Part shown: piece by piece, positions 7,962-17,769 of the stretch
How positions within the stretch are numbered: the first letter of the stretch is position 1
Layout: each line of letters opens with the position of its first letter
IMG/VR virus record: IMGVR_UViG_2687453619_000001
Location: 11,484 to 75,483 of that record
Origin: a virus
Taxonomy: Duplodnaviria > Caudoviricetes
Reading direction: 5' to 3' (one strand)
DNA length: 64,000 nt
Made by a program: the position numbers and the translations under genes
Notes under the pieces: generated by a model
What the model was told of the DNA's origin: nothing
Databases searched by the model: none
What the model saw: the letters and a program-made list of their open reading frames with translations, nothing else

Positions 7962-10694
7962 ATGAATGACAAGCAACTACGGTTACAGGTGGTCTTTGCG
8001 GCGCTGGACAAGCTGACCGCGCCGCTAAAGAAGATCATGGGCGAATCCAACGCTTTGGGCCGCGCCATCAAGGCCAATAGTGACCGATTGAAGGAATTGA
8101 ACGCCCAGCAGAGGGATGTTGGGCGTTTCCGCGAATTGAGCGCCGGCGTGCAAGCCAGTTCGGGCAAATTGCGCGAGCTGCAGCAGCACGTCGGCGGCCT
8201 GGCGCAGAAGATGCGAGAGACGGAGCAGCCCACGCGCGCCATGACGCGGGAATTTAACGCCGCAGTGAAATCTGCCGGTGCGCTCAAGCGTGCCGGCCAG
8301 CAGCAGAGCGAACAGTTACAGGTACTGCGTGACCGCCTGTCCGGCGCCGGTATCGGCACCGACCGGCTATCGAAACATGAGCGCAGCCTACGGAGCGACA
8401 TTGCGGCCGCTAATGTCCAGCTGGCTGAACAGCAGAAGCGGCTAGCGGCGATTGCCGGCCATCAGCAGAAAGTCGCTGCAGCGGGTCAGTATGCCGGCAA
8501 GATGCGCACGGCTGCCGGAAATCTCGCCACTGCCGGAGTCGGTGCGACTGTCGCCGGCGGCGCTGTCGGTGTGCCGCTGGTGGCTGGCCTGCAGGAGGCG
8601 AAACAGTATCAGCAAGAGGTATCGCAATTCCGCAGTCTTGGCATTGGCGATGCAAAATTAAGAGAGGCTATCGGCTTTTCTAAAAAAATGAATATCAAGG
8701 GAAGCAGCGAACAAGACAATTTGAAAATGCTCAAGGAGGCCTATTCCATTACTCGCGATATGCATCATGCAGAAGAGATCACCCCGTTGCTGGCAAAAAT
8801 GAAATTCGGCATTGAATCCGTGATGATGAAGGGCGGGCATGGTGGCGGACACGGAGAGATGGCCGAAAACATGTTCATCGATTTGATCAAAACGGCCGAA
8901 CTGCGCGGATCCTTGAAGGACATGGAGTCCTTTAAAAATGCCGTCAATATGGCGACGCAGACTTACGTTGCCTCTGGTGGATTGGTCAAACCGGAGGAAT
9001 TGCTCAATACGATTAAAACAGGTGGCATTGCAGCAAAACAGCTAAATGACAAGAGTTTCTACTTTGGCTTACTGCATTCGATACAGGAAACTGGTGGATT
9101 TCGCTCTGGTACTGGGTTAATGAGCGCCTATACCAACTGGGCGCAAGGCCGGACGACGCAGCAATCGGCCGAAGAACTGGTCGGCCTGGGGATCATGAAA
9201 AAAGAATCGGTCCTATACGGGAAGGCAGGCCACGTCAAAAAAATCATGCCCAATGCCATGAAGCAAGCGGAGAAATACAAGACGGATCCATTCGCATTTT
9301 TGTTGGAAGACATTGTTCCAAAAATTCAGGCAGAGGGAAAACACACCGATAGCGAAATAGTGAGTCGCATCGGGGAATTATTTTCATCGCGTAAGGGCGG
9401 CGACTTGTTCGCTTCGATGTACCTGGAGCGCGAAAACATCAAGAAGCACATGGGCGCCGCGCCAAATGCATTCAATGTCGAGAAACTTTACAACGAAGCG
9501 GGTAACAACGTTACAGGTCAAGAAAACGACGCCACCGCAAAGCTGGCCAACCTGAAGCTGGCAATGGGCGAGAAGATCCTGCCGTTGTATTCCAGTGCTA
9601 TCGAGATCTTGATCAAAGCGCTGGAGGGATTGAACGGTTTTATGGAGCACAACCCGGCCACGGCCAAGGCGATGATTGTGGGCTTCGGCACACTGGCCGC
9701 CATCCTGGTGGTGCTGGGACCGCTGATGCTGGGCCTGGCTGCCTTGATCGGTCCCTATGCGATGTTGCACGTGCTGTTCGCCAAGATGGGCATTGCCGGC
9801 GGTGTGCTGACACCGATCCTGCGCGGCATCGGATCGGCCTTCCTCTGGCTGGGCCGCATGCTCCTGTTCGTCGGTCGGGCCTTTCTCATGAATCCGATAG
9901 GGCTGGCAGTGACCGCTATTGCCTTGGCTGCTTACCTGATTTATCAGTATTGGGAACCGATCAAGGGATTTTTTACGACCCTATGGGATGGCGTGGGCAA
10001 CGTTTTTAACCGTTCCTGGGAAGCTATCAAAGGATTCGCCGGCGGCTTGTGGGCGGACGTGCAGCAGGCGTTCGCCGGCGGTATCGGCGGCGTCAATACC
10101 CTGTTGTTGAACTGGTCCCCGCTCGGCTTGTTCTACCAGGTGTTCGCCGGCGTGTTGAGCTGGTTTGGCATCGAGCTGCCGGCCAAGTTTAGCGATTTCG
10201 GTCTGAACATCATGCAGGGGCTGGCCAATGGGATCACCGGCGCGCTGGGGTTCGTCAAATCGGCAATATCTGGCGCCAGCGACAGCGTTGTCGGCTGGTT
10301 CAAGGAAAAGCTGGGCATCCATAGCCCTAGCCGGGTATTCGCTGAGCTGGGCGATTTCACCATGCAAGGGCTGGCGTTCGGGTTACAGCGCAGCCAGGAC
10401 AGTCCGCTTGACCAGGTCGGCGGCCTTGCCAAACGGTTGACCCAGCTCGGCGCCGGCATCGCCATCGGCGCGACAGCCATGCCGGCGCTGTCCTTCGATA
10501 CACGCCCGCCCATGGCGCCGCGTGCCGCCGGCGCCGGCACGGTGATTCAGGGCGACACGATCACGATCTCCATTACCGCTGCGCCAGGTATGGATGAGCA
10601 GGCTATTGCCCGCGCCGTGATGCTGGCGATGGAGCAGCGAGACAGACAGAAGGCGGCGCGGCGTCGCTCCAGCCTGTCCGATTACGATAACTGA
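7962..10694 (+). CDS. T: Tail tape measure protein
   Basis: 910 aa helical protein; LMNPIGL and LGIHSPSRVF motifs; position after E/E'. Confidence 0.95.
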   Translation: MNDKQLRLQVVFAALDKLTAPLKKIMGESNALGRAIKANSDRLKELNAQQRDVGRFRELSAGVQASSGKLRELQQHVGGLAQKMRETEQPTRAMTREFNAAVKSAGALKRAGQQQSEQLQVLRDRLSGAGIGTDRLSKHERSLRSDIAAANVQLAEQQKRLAAIAGHQQKVAAAGQYAGKMRTAAGNLATAGVGATVAGGAVGVPLVAGLQEAKQYQQEVSQFRSLGIGDAKLREAIGFSKKMNIKGSSEQDNLKMLKEAYSITRDMHHAEEITPLLAKMKFGIESVMMKGGHGGGHGEMAENMFIDLIKTAELRGSLKDMESFKNAVNMATQTYVASGGLVKPEELLNTIKTGGIAAKQLNDKSFYFGLLHSIQETGGFRSGTGLMSAYTNWAQGRTTQQSAEELVGLGIMKKESVLYGKAGHVKKIMPNAMKQAEKYKTDPFAFLLEDIVPKIQAEGKHTDSEIVSRIGELFSSRKGGDLFASMYLERENIKKHMGAAPNAFNVEKLYNEAGNNVTGQENDATAKLANLKLAMGEKILPLYSSAIEILIKALEGLNGFMEHNPATAKAMIVGFGTLAAILVVLGPLMLGLAALIGPYAMLHVLFAKMGIAGGVLTPILRGIGSAFLWLGRMLLFVGRAFLMNPIGLAVTAIALAAYLIYQYWEPIKGFFTTLWDGVGNVFNRSWEAIKGFAGGLWADVQQAFAGGIGGVNTLLLNWSPLGLFYQVFAGVLSWFGIELPAKFSDFGLNIMQGLANGITGALGFVKSAISGASDSVVGWFKEKLGIHSPSRVFAELGDFTMQGLAFGLQRSQDSPLDQVGGLAKRLTQLGAGIAIGATAMPALSFDTRPPMAPRAAGAGTVIQGDTITISITAAPGMDEQAIARAVMLAMEQRDRQKAARRRSSLSDYDN

Positions 10695-10707
10695 AGGGAA
10701 TAATACG

Positions 10708-11235
10708 ATGATGATGGCCCTGGGCATGTTTGTCTTCAGCCTGCCGACTCTGGCCTACCAGGAGCTGCAGCGCAAAACCGACTGGAAGCACCCGAGCACC
10801 TCCCGGGTCGGCGCCCGCAATGCTCGCCAGTTCACCGGCAAGGGCGACGACACGATCACGTTGTCCGGCTGGATTGCGCCGGAGCTGACTGGCAGCGTCT
10901 ATTCGCTCGATGCCTTGCGCCTGATGGGGGACACGGGTAAATCGTGGATCCTCATTGCCGGCACCGGGCGGATTCTGGGATCCTACGTCATCACCGGCAT
11001 GACCGAGGGCCGCACGGTGCTGGCGCAGGATGGCGACGCCGGCAAGATTGAATTCTCGATCACCCTGGAGCGCACTGACGAGTCGGTGCTGGGCCTGCTC
11101 AATACCCTGGGCGACTTGGGCAGCATCAAGAATATGCTGAGCCTGGAGGGCATCAGCAACACCGCCAGCAATGCCATCAATACCGGCGTATCGACGTTTA
11201 ACAATGTCGCGGGTAGTGTGGGGAGCCTGTTCTGA
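10708..11235 (+). CDS. U: Tail protein gpU
   Basis: MMALGMFVFSL, QFTGKGDDTITLSG motifs. Confidence 0.93.
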   Translation: MMMALGMFVFSLPTLAYQELQRKTDWKHPSTSRVGARNARQFTGKGDDTITLSGWIAPELTGSVYSLDALRLMGDTGKSWILIAGTGRILGSYVITGMTEGRTVLAQDGDAGKIEFSITLERTDESVLGLLNTLGDLGSIKNMLSLEGISNTASNAINTGVSTFNNVAGSVGSLF

Positions 11236-12461
11236 TGGACTACCCGATCCCTGCTTTTAAGATCACGCTGGATGGCTTGGATATTACCGCCAAGTTCGCG
11301 CCGCGCCTGGTCAGTCTCGACCTGACCGAATGCCGTAGCGACAGCGCCGATGAGCTGAATATCACCCTGTCGGATACGGACGGCCAGCTTGCGCTGCCGT
11401 CCAAGGGCGCCAGAATCAACGTACAGATAGGCTGGCAAGCGTCCGGCCTGGTCGACAAGGGCGTCTTTACCGTCGATGAGATCGAGCATAGCGGCACGCC
11501 GGACGTGCTGACCTTGCGCGCCAGGACGGCCAGCTTGATCGATACTTTCCGCCAGCCGGTCGAGCGCAGCTTCCACGACACGACCTTGGGCGCAGTGATT
11601 GAGGTGATCGCGTTCCAGCAGGAGCTGAAAGCCGGTATTGCTGAGGCGCTGCGAGGTGTGAAGATTGCACATCTGGACCAGACCAGGGAGAGCGACGCGG
11701 CATTCCTGCGCCGGCTGGGTAAGAAGTACGACGCAGCCGCGACGGTCAAAAATGACACACTGCTATTCATGCCGGCTGGCCGCAGCAAGACGGCGTCGGG
11801 CCGCGACTTGCCGGTAATCCAGATCACGCGCAACCTGGGCGATCGGCACCGCTACCATAGCGCGGAGCGCGACAGCTACAGCGGCGTGCGCGTGTTCTGG
11901 CACGATGATCGGCACGGCCTGCGCCGCAGTGTCGTGGCCGGCGCACCAGGTAACAGCAAGCGGCTGCGCACGACCTATGCCAACGAGGCCGACGCCCGCA
12001 CGGCGGCCGTCGCCGAATGGCAGCGGATCCAGCGCGGCGCCGCCACCCTGGAATTGTCGCTTGCAATTGGCGATCCGGCGCTGATACCGCAATCGCCTGT
12101 GGAAGTCGTGGGGTTCAAAACCGATATTGACAATCAGGACTGGCTAACGGCCAAGGTCAGACACAGTCTTAGCGACGCCGGCTTGACCACCAGCATCGAG
12201 CTGGAGACTCGCACGGAGGAAGCTGAAGTCGAACGGGAGGATCAAGCCGATCCAGATCCTGGCATCACTGGCGTAGTCGCCAAATGGCGCGACAAGGTCA
12301 GCAAGAAGCAAGGGGAACAGCTTGCAGGATCTCGAAGCCATCCAAAAACACTACCGCATATTTATACAAGTAAGCAATCGGCTGTGCGCTCAGCAAAACT
12401 TGAGTGGGTAAAGATTCAGGAACGGCGGGAAATAATCGCGGAAAACCGCGAGGGGGAATGA
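11235..12461 (+). CDS. D: Baseplate hub / late control protein gpD
   Basis: DKGVFTVDEIEHSG, DQTRESDAAFLRRL motifs. Confidence 0.95.
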   Translation: MDYPIPAFKITLDGLDITAKFAPRLVSLDLTECRSDSADELNITLSDTDGQLALPSKGARINVQIGWQASGLVDKGVFTVDEIEHSGTPDVLTLRARTASLIDTFRQPVERSFHDTTLGAVIEVIAFQQELKAGIAEALRGVKIAHLDQTRESDAAFLRRLGKKYDAAATVKNDTLLFMPAGRSKTASGRDLPVIQITRNLGDRHRYHSAERDSYSGVRVFWHDDRHGLRRSVVAGAPGNSKRLRTTYANEADARTAAVAEWQRIQRGAATLELSLAIGDPALIPQSPVEVVGFKTDIDNQDWLTAKVRHSLSDAGLTTSIELETRTEEAEVEREDQADPDPGITGVVAKWRDKVSKKQGEQLAGSRSHPKTLPHIYTSKQSAVRSAKLEWVKIQERREIIAENREGE

Positions 12462-12592
12462 CTTTCTGAGGGGCAATCTGTATGATCTCGCCTCTTGTCG
12501 TTTTGTTAGCATTTCCCCTGCAAAACGATTTCTTGCGCTGATCAAATGAAACGCTGAATGAGAAGGTCAGGCGGAGCAGACTGTGCCTGACT

Positions 12593-13057
12593 TTAAGGAG
12601 CGTCCTTTTTTTTACGTCCCAATTGGATAGTGGTTTTACCCGTCATATTGTTGCCTTGAATGACTTGTGCTCTTTTCCCCGTGATTTTTCCGGCAGCTGC
12701 AGTAGTGTTGACCAACTGTGCTTGTTTCTCGCGCACAGCGGCTGATGGATCCGTTCCAAGACCGTCAATCATTCCGAGAACACTAACCTTGCCACGAATA
12801 TCGAGGCAGCGATAACCACGTAGCAACTCATCTTCATCTGCTGCAAGTTCAGCAGAGGACACCTGGCCAGTCAGCACGTACTGCACATCCACCCCTGCAG
12901 CCGCAATAAGAGCCAGATAGTCCCAATCCGGGCTTCTCTTCCCAGCTTCGTAATTAATTTGCGATAGACGTTGAACCCCACCAGCCAACGCCATTGCGTC
13001 CTGGCTGAGCTCCAATCTCTTTCTTTCTTCCCGTAGCCTAATACCAAATGCATTCAT
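12593..13057 (-). CDS. Immunity repressor (XRE HTH)
   Basis: RLREERKRLELSQ..YEAGKRSP HTH and DVQYVLTG motif; divergent from early operon. Confidence 0.9.
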   Translation of the reverse strand: MNAFGIRLREERKRLELSQDAMALAGGVQRLSQINYEAGKRSPDWDYLALIAAAGVDVQYVLTGQVSSAELAADEDELLRGYRCLDIRGKVSVLGMIDGLGTDPSAAVREKQAQLVNTTAAAGKITGKRAQVIQGNNMTGKTTIQLGRKKKDAP

Positions 13058-13073
13058 TTATTTTCATTTAATG

Positions 13074-13102
13074 TTTACATGTATGCGAGTGCATACTAAA
13101 AT
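13074..13102 (+). promoter_or_regulatory. Early promoter with palindromic operator in spacer
   Basis: TTTACA-N17-TAAAAT; spacer contains GTATGC-GAGT-GCATAC (13081-13096). Confidence 0.7.
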
Positions 13103-13136
13103 TGCGTCATTCGTAACGACTACAAATCATACCATT

Positions 13137-13337
13137 ATGAAAAAACCAGGCGTAATTCGACGCGCTCCTAAGTATGTTCTTGCTGATGCCATTGCCGTCC
13201 GTTTGGCTCCAGAGGAGCAGGCCATTGTGGAGGAGTGTGCCTATGAAGGGGCGGAATCCCGTGCCGCATTTCTCCGTCGCATGATCATGCTTGGTGTGAA
13301 GCAGCACAAGCGCAATCTCTCCAAAACAAAATCTTAA
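13137..13337 (+). CDS. Small regulator, probable ribbon-helix-helix (Cox-position gene)
   Basis: IAVRLAPEE..SRAAFLRRMI pattern; identical protein at 57868. Confidence 0.65.
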   Translation: MKKPGVIRRAPKYVLADAIAVRLAPEEQAIVEECAYEGAESRAAFLRRMIMLGVKQHKRNLSKTKS

Positions 13338-13416
13338 CCAGCAAGGACATCGCCATGGACCAATTACAGTCTACGTTTGTTGCTTCCCATCAGCACACAG
13401 TTCTGATTGCGGGGCA

Positions 13417-13701
13417 ATGATGAAGCGTCCAATGCAAATTGAACAAGCCTTGCGCAGTGCGCTGACTGGCCCCGGCCGCCAGGACGTACAGCACAAGGTC
13501 GGCTGGGATGATTCCCAGGTCAGCCGCTTTCTCAATGGCGGGCAGGGCATTGTCATCGACAAGATCGACCTGCTGGTGGCCGCAGTGGGCTTTGTCATGG
13601 TCACTTGCAAATATCTCGACGCTGTCTCTACTTTAGGCGAGGTCGGCATGCATTGCGAGTGCGCCCGACAGGGCCAGGGCGAGTGCTCCCGCCGTATCTA
13701 A
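13417..13701 (+). CDS. CII-like HTH regulator
   Basis: VGWDDSQVSRF HTH; identical protein at 58148. Confidence 0.6.
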   Translation: MMKRPMQIEQALRSALTGPGRQDVQHKVGWDDSQVSRFLNGGQGIVIDKIDLLVAAVGFVMVTCKYLDAVSTLGEVGMHCECARQGQGECSRRI

Positions 13702-13778
13702 TCGCACTACCGTTGTTTGCAGTTGTTTTAAACCGGCGTCAGGGGCCGATTGATGTATCAGGTAAAGAGATTGTCGAA

Positions 13779-14039
13779 ATGAGAAATATTGGACTGTGCT
13801 GTCCCTATTGTTCTACTACACCACGCGCCGTTAAAAGCCGTGTGCTGTCAACTTTGATGAAGGAGATCACCTATATGTGCCAGAACTCGGAATGCGGTTA
13901 CGCCTTTGTCGCCAGGCTGGAAGTCGCAAGAACCTTGTCTCTCTCTTCCTTCGTCAAGCCCGAGATCAAGGTTCCTCTATCCCAGCATATCAACTGGTCG
14001 GCTCTGCAGCAGATGAGCCTGAATTTATCGCCTGCCTGA
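13779..14039 (+). CDS. ogr: Ogr/Delta family late activator
   Basis: CPYC...YMCQNSECGYAF zinc finger; start moved to ATG 13779. Confidence 0.9.
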   Translation: MRNIGLCCPYCSTTPRAVKSRVLSTLMKEITYMCQNSECGYAFVARLEVARTLSLSSFVKPEIKVPLSQHINWSALQQMSLNLSPA

Positions 14040-14171
14040 GACATGCCGATGACCCACCGCCGCATCCTGGCGCCGCCGTAATCCTGGCCTAAGTCGCTTT
14101 CTCCCTGTTGTCTTTTGTCATGCCTGTAACCAGGCGTGCCGGATTCGCTCATTCTGAAATAAGGAAAACAC

Positions 14172-14366
14172 ATGAAACCCTACGTCGCTAAACAGATGGT
14201 GTATTCATTCCCGCGCTTGCCATGCCAGCGCTTGACGCGCATGCAGCGACTGCGGCGCTATGCCGCCATCAAGAAGGTCTGGGAGATATTCAGCTCCGGC
14301 CTGCTTTGCGGCTTCGTCCTGGCCGCTCCATCGCTGGCCGTGGCGCTCTCCTGGGTAAAGGACTGA
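14172..14366 (+). CDS. Hypothetical small membrane protein
   Basis: AAGGA RBS, C-terminal hydrophobic helix; conserved at 58904. Confidence 0.6.
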   Translation: MKPYVAKQMVYSFPRLPCQRLTRMQRLRRYAAIKKVWEIFSSGLLCGFVLAAPSLAVALSWVKD

Positions 14367-14369
14367 ACC

Positions 14370-14516
14370 ATGCCATTCGTTATCAAATTCATCGTCCGGC
14401 GAGAGTTGATTGCCAAGCTGACAGACGACTGGTTTCGCGCTAATTGCCCGACTTTCTTCGCATTGGTGTGTGCTGAATGTATCCAGGCCATGGGTGGCAT
14501 GGCGGGGGAGTGGTGA
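14370..14516 (+). CDS. Hypothetical 48-aa protein
   Basis: Manual ORF MPFVIKF...GGMAGEW filling the gap, TGATG coupling to next gene. Confidence 0.5.
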   Translation: MPFVIKFIVRRELIAKLTDDWFRANCPTFFALVCAECIQAMGGMAGEW

Positions 14517-14809
14517 TGGCGGCGTCGAATGTCAGTTTAGAGCAACTGCAGCGCGTCCACCACGCCTTGCGCATCACCATCCCGCTGCATGAAGTGTCGC
14601 CGCTGATGCTGACGACGCTGACCACCATTGCGCATTGCTGGCGCGACCGGATCCCGGCGCATCTGTGGTGGAATCCCGCCGAAGAGGCGCGGGGCAGCAT
14701 GAGCGAAGGGGAGTTCCAGCGGCTTTATACCTGCACCTTTGCCGCTGCACCCGATACCAAGCACCAACCGATTGACCTTAAACGCCGCGCCGCGGCTGAT
14801 TACGAATAA
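14516..14809 (+). CDS. Hypothetical phage protein
   Basis: C-terminal DLKRRAAAD; conserved at 59284. Confidence 0.65.
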   Translation: MAASNVSLEQLQRVHHALRITIPLHEVSPLMLTTLTTIAHCWRDRIPAHLWWNPAEEARGSMSEGEFQRLYTCTFAAAPDTKHQPIDLKRRAAADYE

Positions 14810-14813
14810 CACG

Positions 14814-17492
14814 ATGAACCCATCTTTACACGCCGACATCCTGAACCGCCTGTCCGAATTCAATTTCAAACAAGAGAAAGAGGGCTATCTGCGCGGCGGC
14901 ACCTGCCCAGGGTGCCAGAAAAAGGAACTGTATACCCACGCCAATAATCCGTGGGTGGTGCGATGCGGTCGCCTGAACAAATGCGGATACGAGGGCCACG
15001 TCAAGGAACTGTACCCGGATCTGTTCGATGACTGGAGCAAGCGCTACCAGACGCCGGAAGCAACCAACCCGCAAGCCGCTGCCGACGCCTACCTGCAGCA
15101 CGGGCGCGGCTTTACGCTATCCCGCGTACAGGGGTTGTACAAGCAGGAAAGCTATTTCGACAAGGATCTCAATATCGGTAGCGCCACGGTGCGTTTTGCG
15201 GTCGCTGACGGCTATTGGGAGCGCCTGATCGACAAGCCGCACCGCTTCGGCAAGAAGAAGGCGCGGTTTAGCTTCGGATCGCACTATCAAGGCAAATTCT
15301 GGTCGCATCCGGCACACAGCCTGCAGGCGGTCGAGGAGATCTGGATCGTGGAAGGCATTTTTGATGCCATCGCCCTGGAGCATCACGGCATCGCGGCCGT
15401 ATCGATCATGAGCTGCAACAATTACCCGCTGCAGTCGCTGCAGGATCTGCGCGACGCCCGTGGCAATCAGGATTGCCGCCTGGTGTGGGCGCTGGATGGC
15501 GATCACGCCGGCCGCAGCTTTACGCACAAGCACATCGAGCGGGCCAGGGCGGCCGGCTGGGAGTGCGCCGCCGCGCAGATCCCGCAGAACGGTAAGCTCA
15601 AACTGGACTGGAACGATCTGCACCAGCGCGACAAGCTGACCGAGGCCGATATCGAGAACTACCGCTATCACGGCTCCATCCTGATCGCCGAGCGGGCCAG
15701 CGACAAGGCGCTGCTGATCTACGGCAAGGAAGGCAAGACCGAATTCGACTTCGCTTTCCGTAACCGGCTGTACTGGTTCAATCTTGACCTGGTCGCCTAT
15801 AACAAGGAAATGGACCAGCTCGACAGCGACGGCTCGACTTCCATCCTGTCGGAAGCCGGCAAGCGGGAAAAGGCGCTCAATGCCTCCCATACGATACGCC
15901 CGATTGCCAACTGCAACCCGGTGGCGCTGTACTACCAGAAAAACGACATGACGGACGAAGCCTGGTATTACTTCCGGGTGGATTTTCCGCATGACGGCGC
16001 CTCGATCAAGAACACCTTCACCAGCTCGCAGATCTCCAGTTCGGCCGAATTCAAGAAGCGCCTGCTGGGTATCGCTCCTGGTGCAATGTTCAGTGGCACC
16101 AGCGCCATGCTGGACCGCATCATGGAGCGCGACCTGTTCCATATCAAACGGGTCGAAACCATCGACTTTATCGGTTACAGCAAGGAATACGGCTGCTATG
16201 TCCTGGACAACGTCGCCATCAAGGACGGGACGCTGCATGATGTCAACGGCGAGGATTTTTACGACCTGGGGCAACTTGCCGTGAAATCGCTGAACCGGTC
16301 GGTGTCGCTAACCATCAACCGGGATCCGGACGGCTACACTACCGAGTGGGTCAATCTGCTGTGGAAAGCCTTTGGCCCGAAGGGCATGGTCGCTCTGACA
16401 TTCTGGTTCGGATCCCTGTTCGCAGAGCAGATCCGGGCTGCACAAAGCTCCTATCCGTTCCTGGAGGTGGTCGGCAAGGCCGGCGCCGGCAAGTCCACGT
16501 TGATCGAGTTTCTGTGGAAGTTGTTCGGCCGCGCCGGCTACGAGGGTTTCGATCCGAGTAAATCCAGCCTGGCGGCCCGCGCCCGTAATTTCTCCCAGGT
16601 ATCCGGCTTGCCGGTGGTACTGATCGAGTCCGACCGGGAGCGTATGGACGGCGACAAGAGCCACGTGAAGTCATTCGATTGGGATGAGCTGAAAACTGCC
16701 TACAACGGCCGCTCAACCCGTGCACGGGGCATGAATACCGGCGGCAATGAAACCTATGAGCCGCCATTCCGTGGCGCCATCGTGATTTCGCAGAATAACC
16801 CGGTCAACGCCTCCGAGGCGATTCTGTCACGGATCGTCCACCTGTACTTCGACTTGACGACGCAGACGCCGGATTCCGGCGAGGCCGCTGACGCCCTGAA
16901 GTTCATGCCGGCCGAGAAAGTATCCGGCTTTATCCTGGCCGCGACCAAGCGCGAGAAGAAGATCATGGAAACCGTGGCTGAGCGCACGGCGATCTATCTG
17001 AAAGAGCTGCGCATGCGGCCGGAAATCAAGATGCCGCGCCTGGTGGAAACCCATGCGCAGATGCTTGCGCTGACAGACGCCCTGGGCCTGGTCATCAAGC
17101 TGACGCCTGAGCAGCAGAAAGCCATGCGTGAACAGATCATCACCATGGCCGGCGAACGCCAGCAGGTCATCAATGACGATCACACCCTGGTGCAGGAATT
17201 CTGGGAAGCCTTCGACTACCTGGACAGCAACGACATGCACCGCCTGAACCATTCCCGCGACCCGCAGCTGATCGCGGTCAACCTGAACCACTTTGTGCAG
17301 ATCGCCGCCGAGCGCCGTCAGCAGATCCCGGTGATCGGTGACCTCAAGAAGGTGCTACGCACCAGCCGCCGGCGGAAGTTCATGGAAGTGCGCGTGGTCA
17401 ACAGCCAAATCCGCGCCCGGGACAACCCTCTCGGCAGTAAATCAATGATGTGTTGGGTATTTCAAAACGATAAACAGGGGAACCAAGTATGA
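14814..17492 (+). CDS. Zinc-finger/TOPRIM primase fused to P-loop helicase (replication protein)
   Basis: CPGC..C.R.NKC, WIVEGIFDAIAL, ALDGD, DWND, Walker A GKAGAGKST. Confidence 0.92.
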   Translation: MNPSLHADILNRLSEFNFKQEKEGYLRGGTCPGCQKKELYTHANNPWVVRCGRLNKCGYEGHVKELYPDLFDDWSKRYQTPEATNPQAAADAYLQHGRGFTLSRVQGLYKQESYFDKDLNIGSATVRFAVADGYWERLIDKPHRFGKKKARFSFGSHYQGKFWSHPAHSLQAVEEIWIVEGIFDAIALEHHGIAAVSIMSCNNYPLQSLQDLRDARGNQDCRLVWALDGDHAGRSFTHKHIERARAAGWECAAAQIPQNGKLKLDWNDLHQRDKLTEADIENYRYHGSILIAERASDKALLIYGKEGKTEFDFAFRNRLYWFNLDLVAYNKEMDQLDSDGSTSILSEAGKREKALNASHTIRPIANCNPVALYYQKNDMTDEAWYYFRVDFPHDGASIKNTFTSSQISSSAEFKKRLLGIAPGAMFSGTSAMLDRIMERDLFHIKRVETIDFIGYSKEYGCYVLDNVAIKDGTLHDVNGEDFYDLGQLAVKSLNRSVSLTINRDPDGYTTEWVNLLWKAFGPKGMVALTFWFGSLFAEQIRAAQSSYPFLEVVGKAGAGKSTLIEFLWKLFGRAGYEGFDPSKSSLAARARNFSQVSGLPVVLIESDRERMDGDKSHVKSFDWDELKTAYNGRSTRARGMNTGGNETYEPPFRGAIVISQNNPVNASEAILSRIVHLYFDLTTQTPDSGEAADALKFMPAEKVSGFILAATKREKKIMETVAERTAIYLKELRMRPEIKMPRLVETHAQMLALTDALGLVIKLTPEQQKAMREQIITMAGERQQVINDDHTLVQEFWEAFDYLDSNDMHRLNHSRDPQLIAVNLNHFVQIAAERRQQIPVIGDLKKVLRTSRRRKFMEVRVVNSQIRARDNPLGSKSMMCWVFQNDKQGNQV

Positions 17493-17707
17493 GTCTAATT
17501 ACTCAAGCATTCATCGTTGAGCGGTTCGGCTTGCGGCTCAATGTTGAACAACTTGCCGGGCTGTTGGGTATAACAAAAGGAGCTCTTTATAATCAGTTGA
17601 GTGCAGGAACGTGTCCGGTCAAAACCTATATAGACGGTGGAAAGCGGTGGGCCGATTATCGAGACGTTGCTGAACATCTTGACGAGTGTCGGACATTAGC
17701 GGGATGA
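17489..17707 (+). CDS. Excisionase/AlpA-like HTH protein
   Basis: LNVEQLAGLLGITKGALYN winged HTH; near integrase. Confidence 0.7.
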   Translation: MSLITQAFIVERFGLRLNVEQLAGLLGITKGALYNQLSAGTCPVKTYIDGGKRWADYRDVAEHLDECRTLAG

Positions 17708-17769
17708 ACGATTGGAAAAAGAAGGCAAATGACGGGATGTTTGGACTAGCATGTGCTCTTTACATCGTT

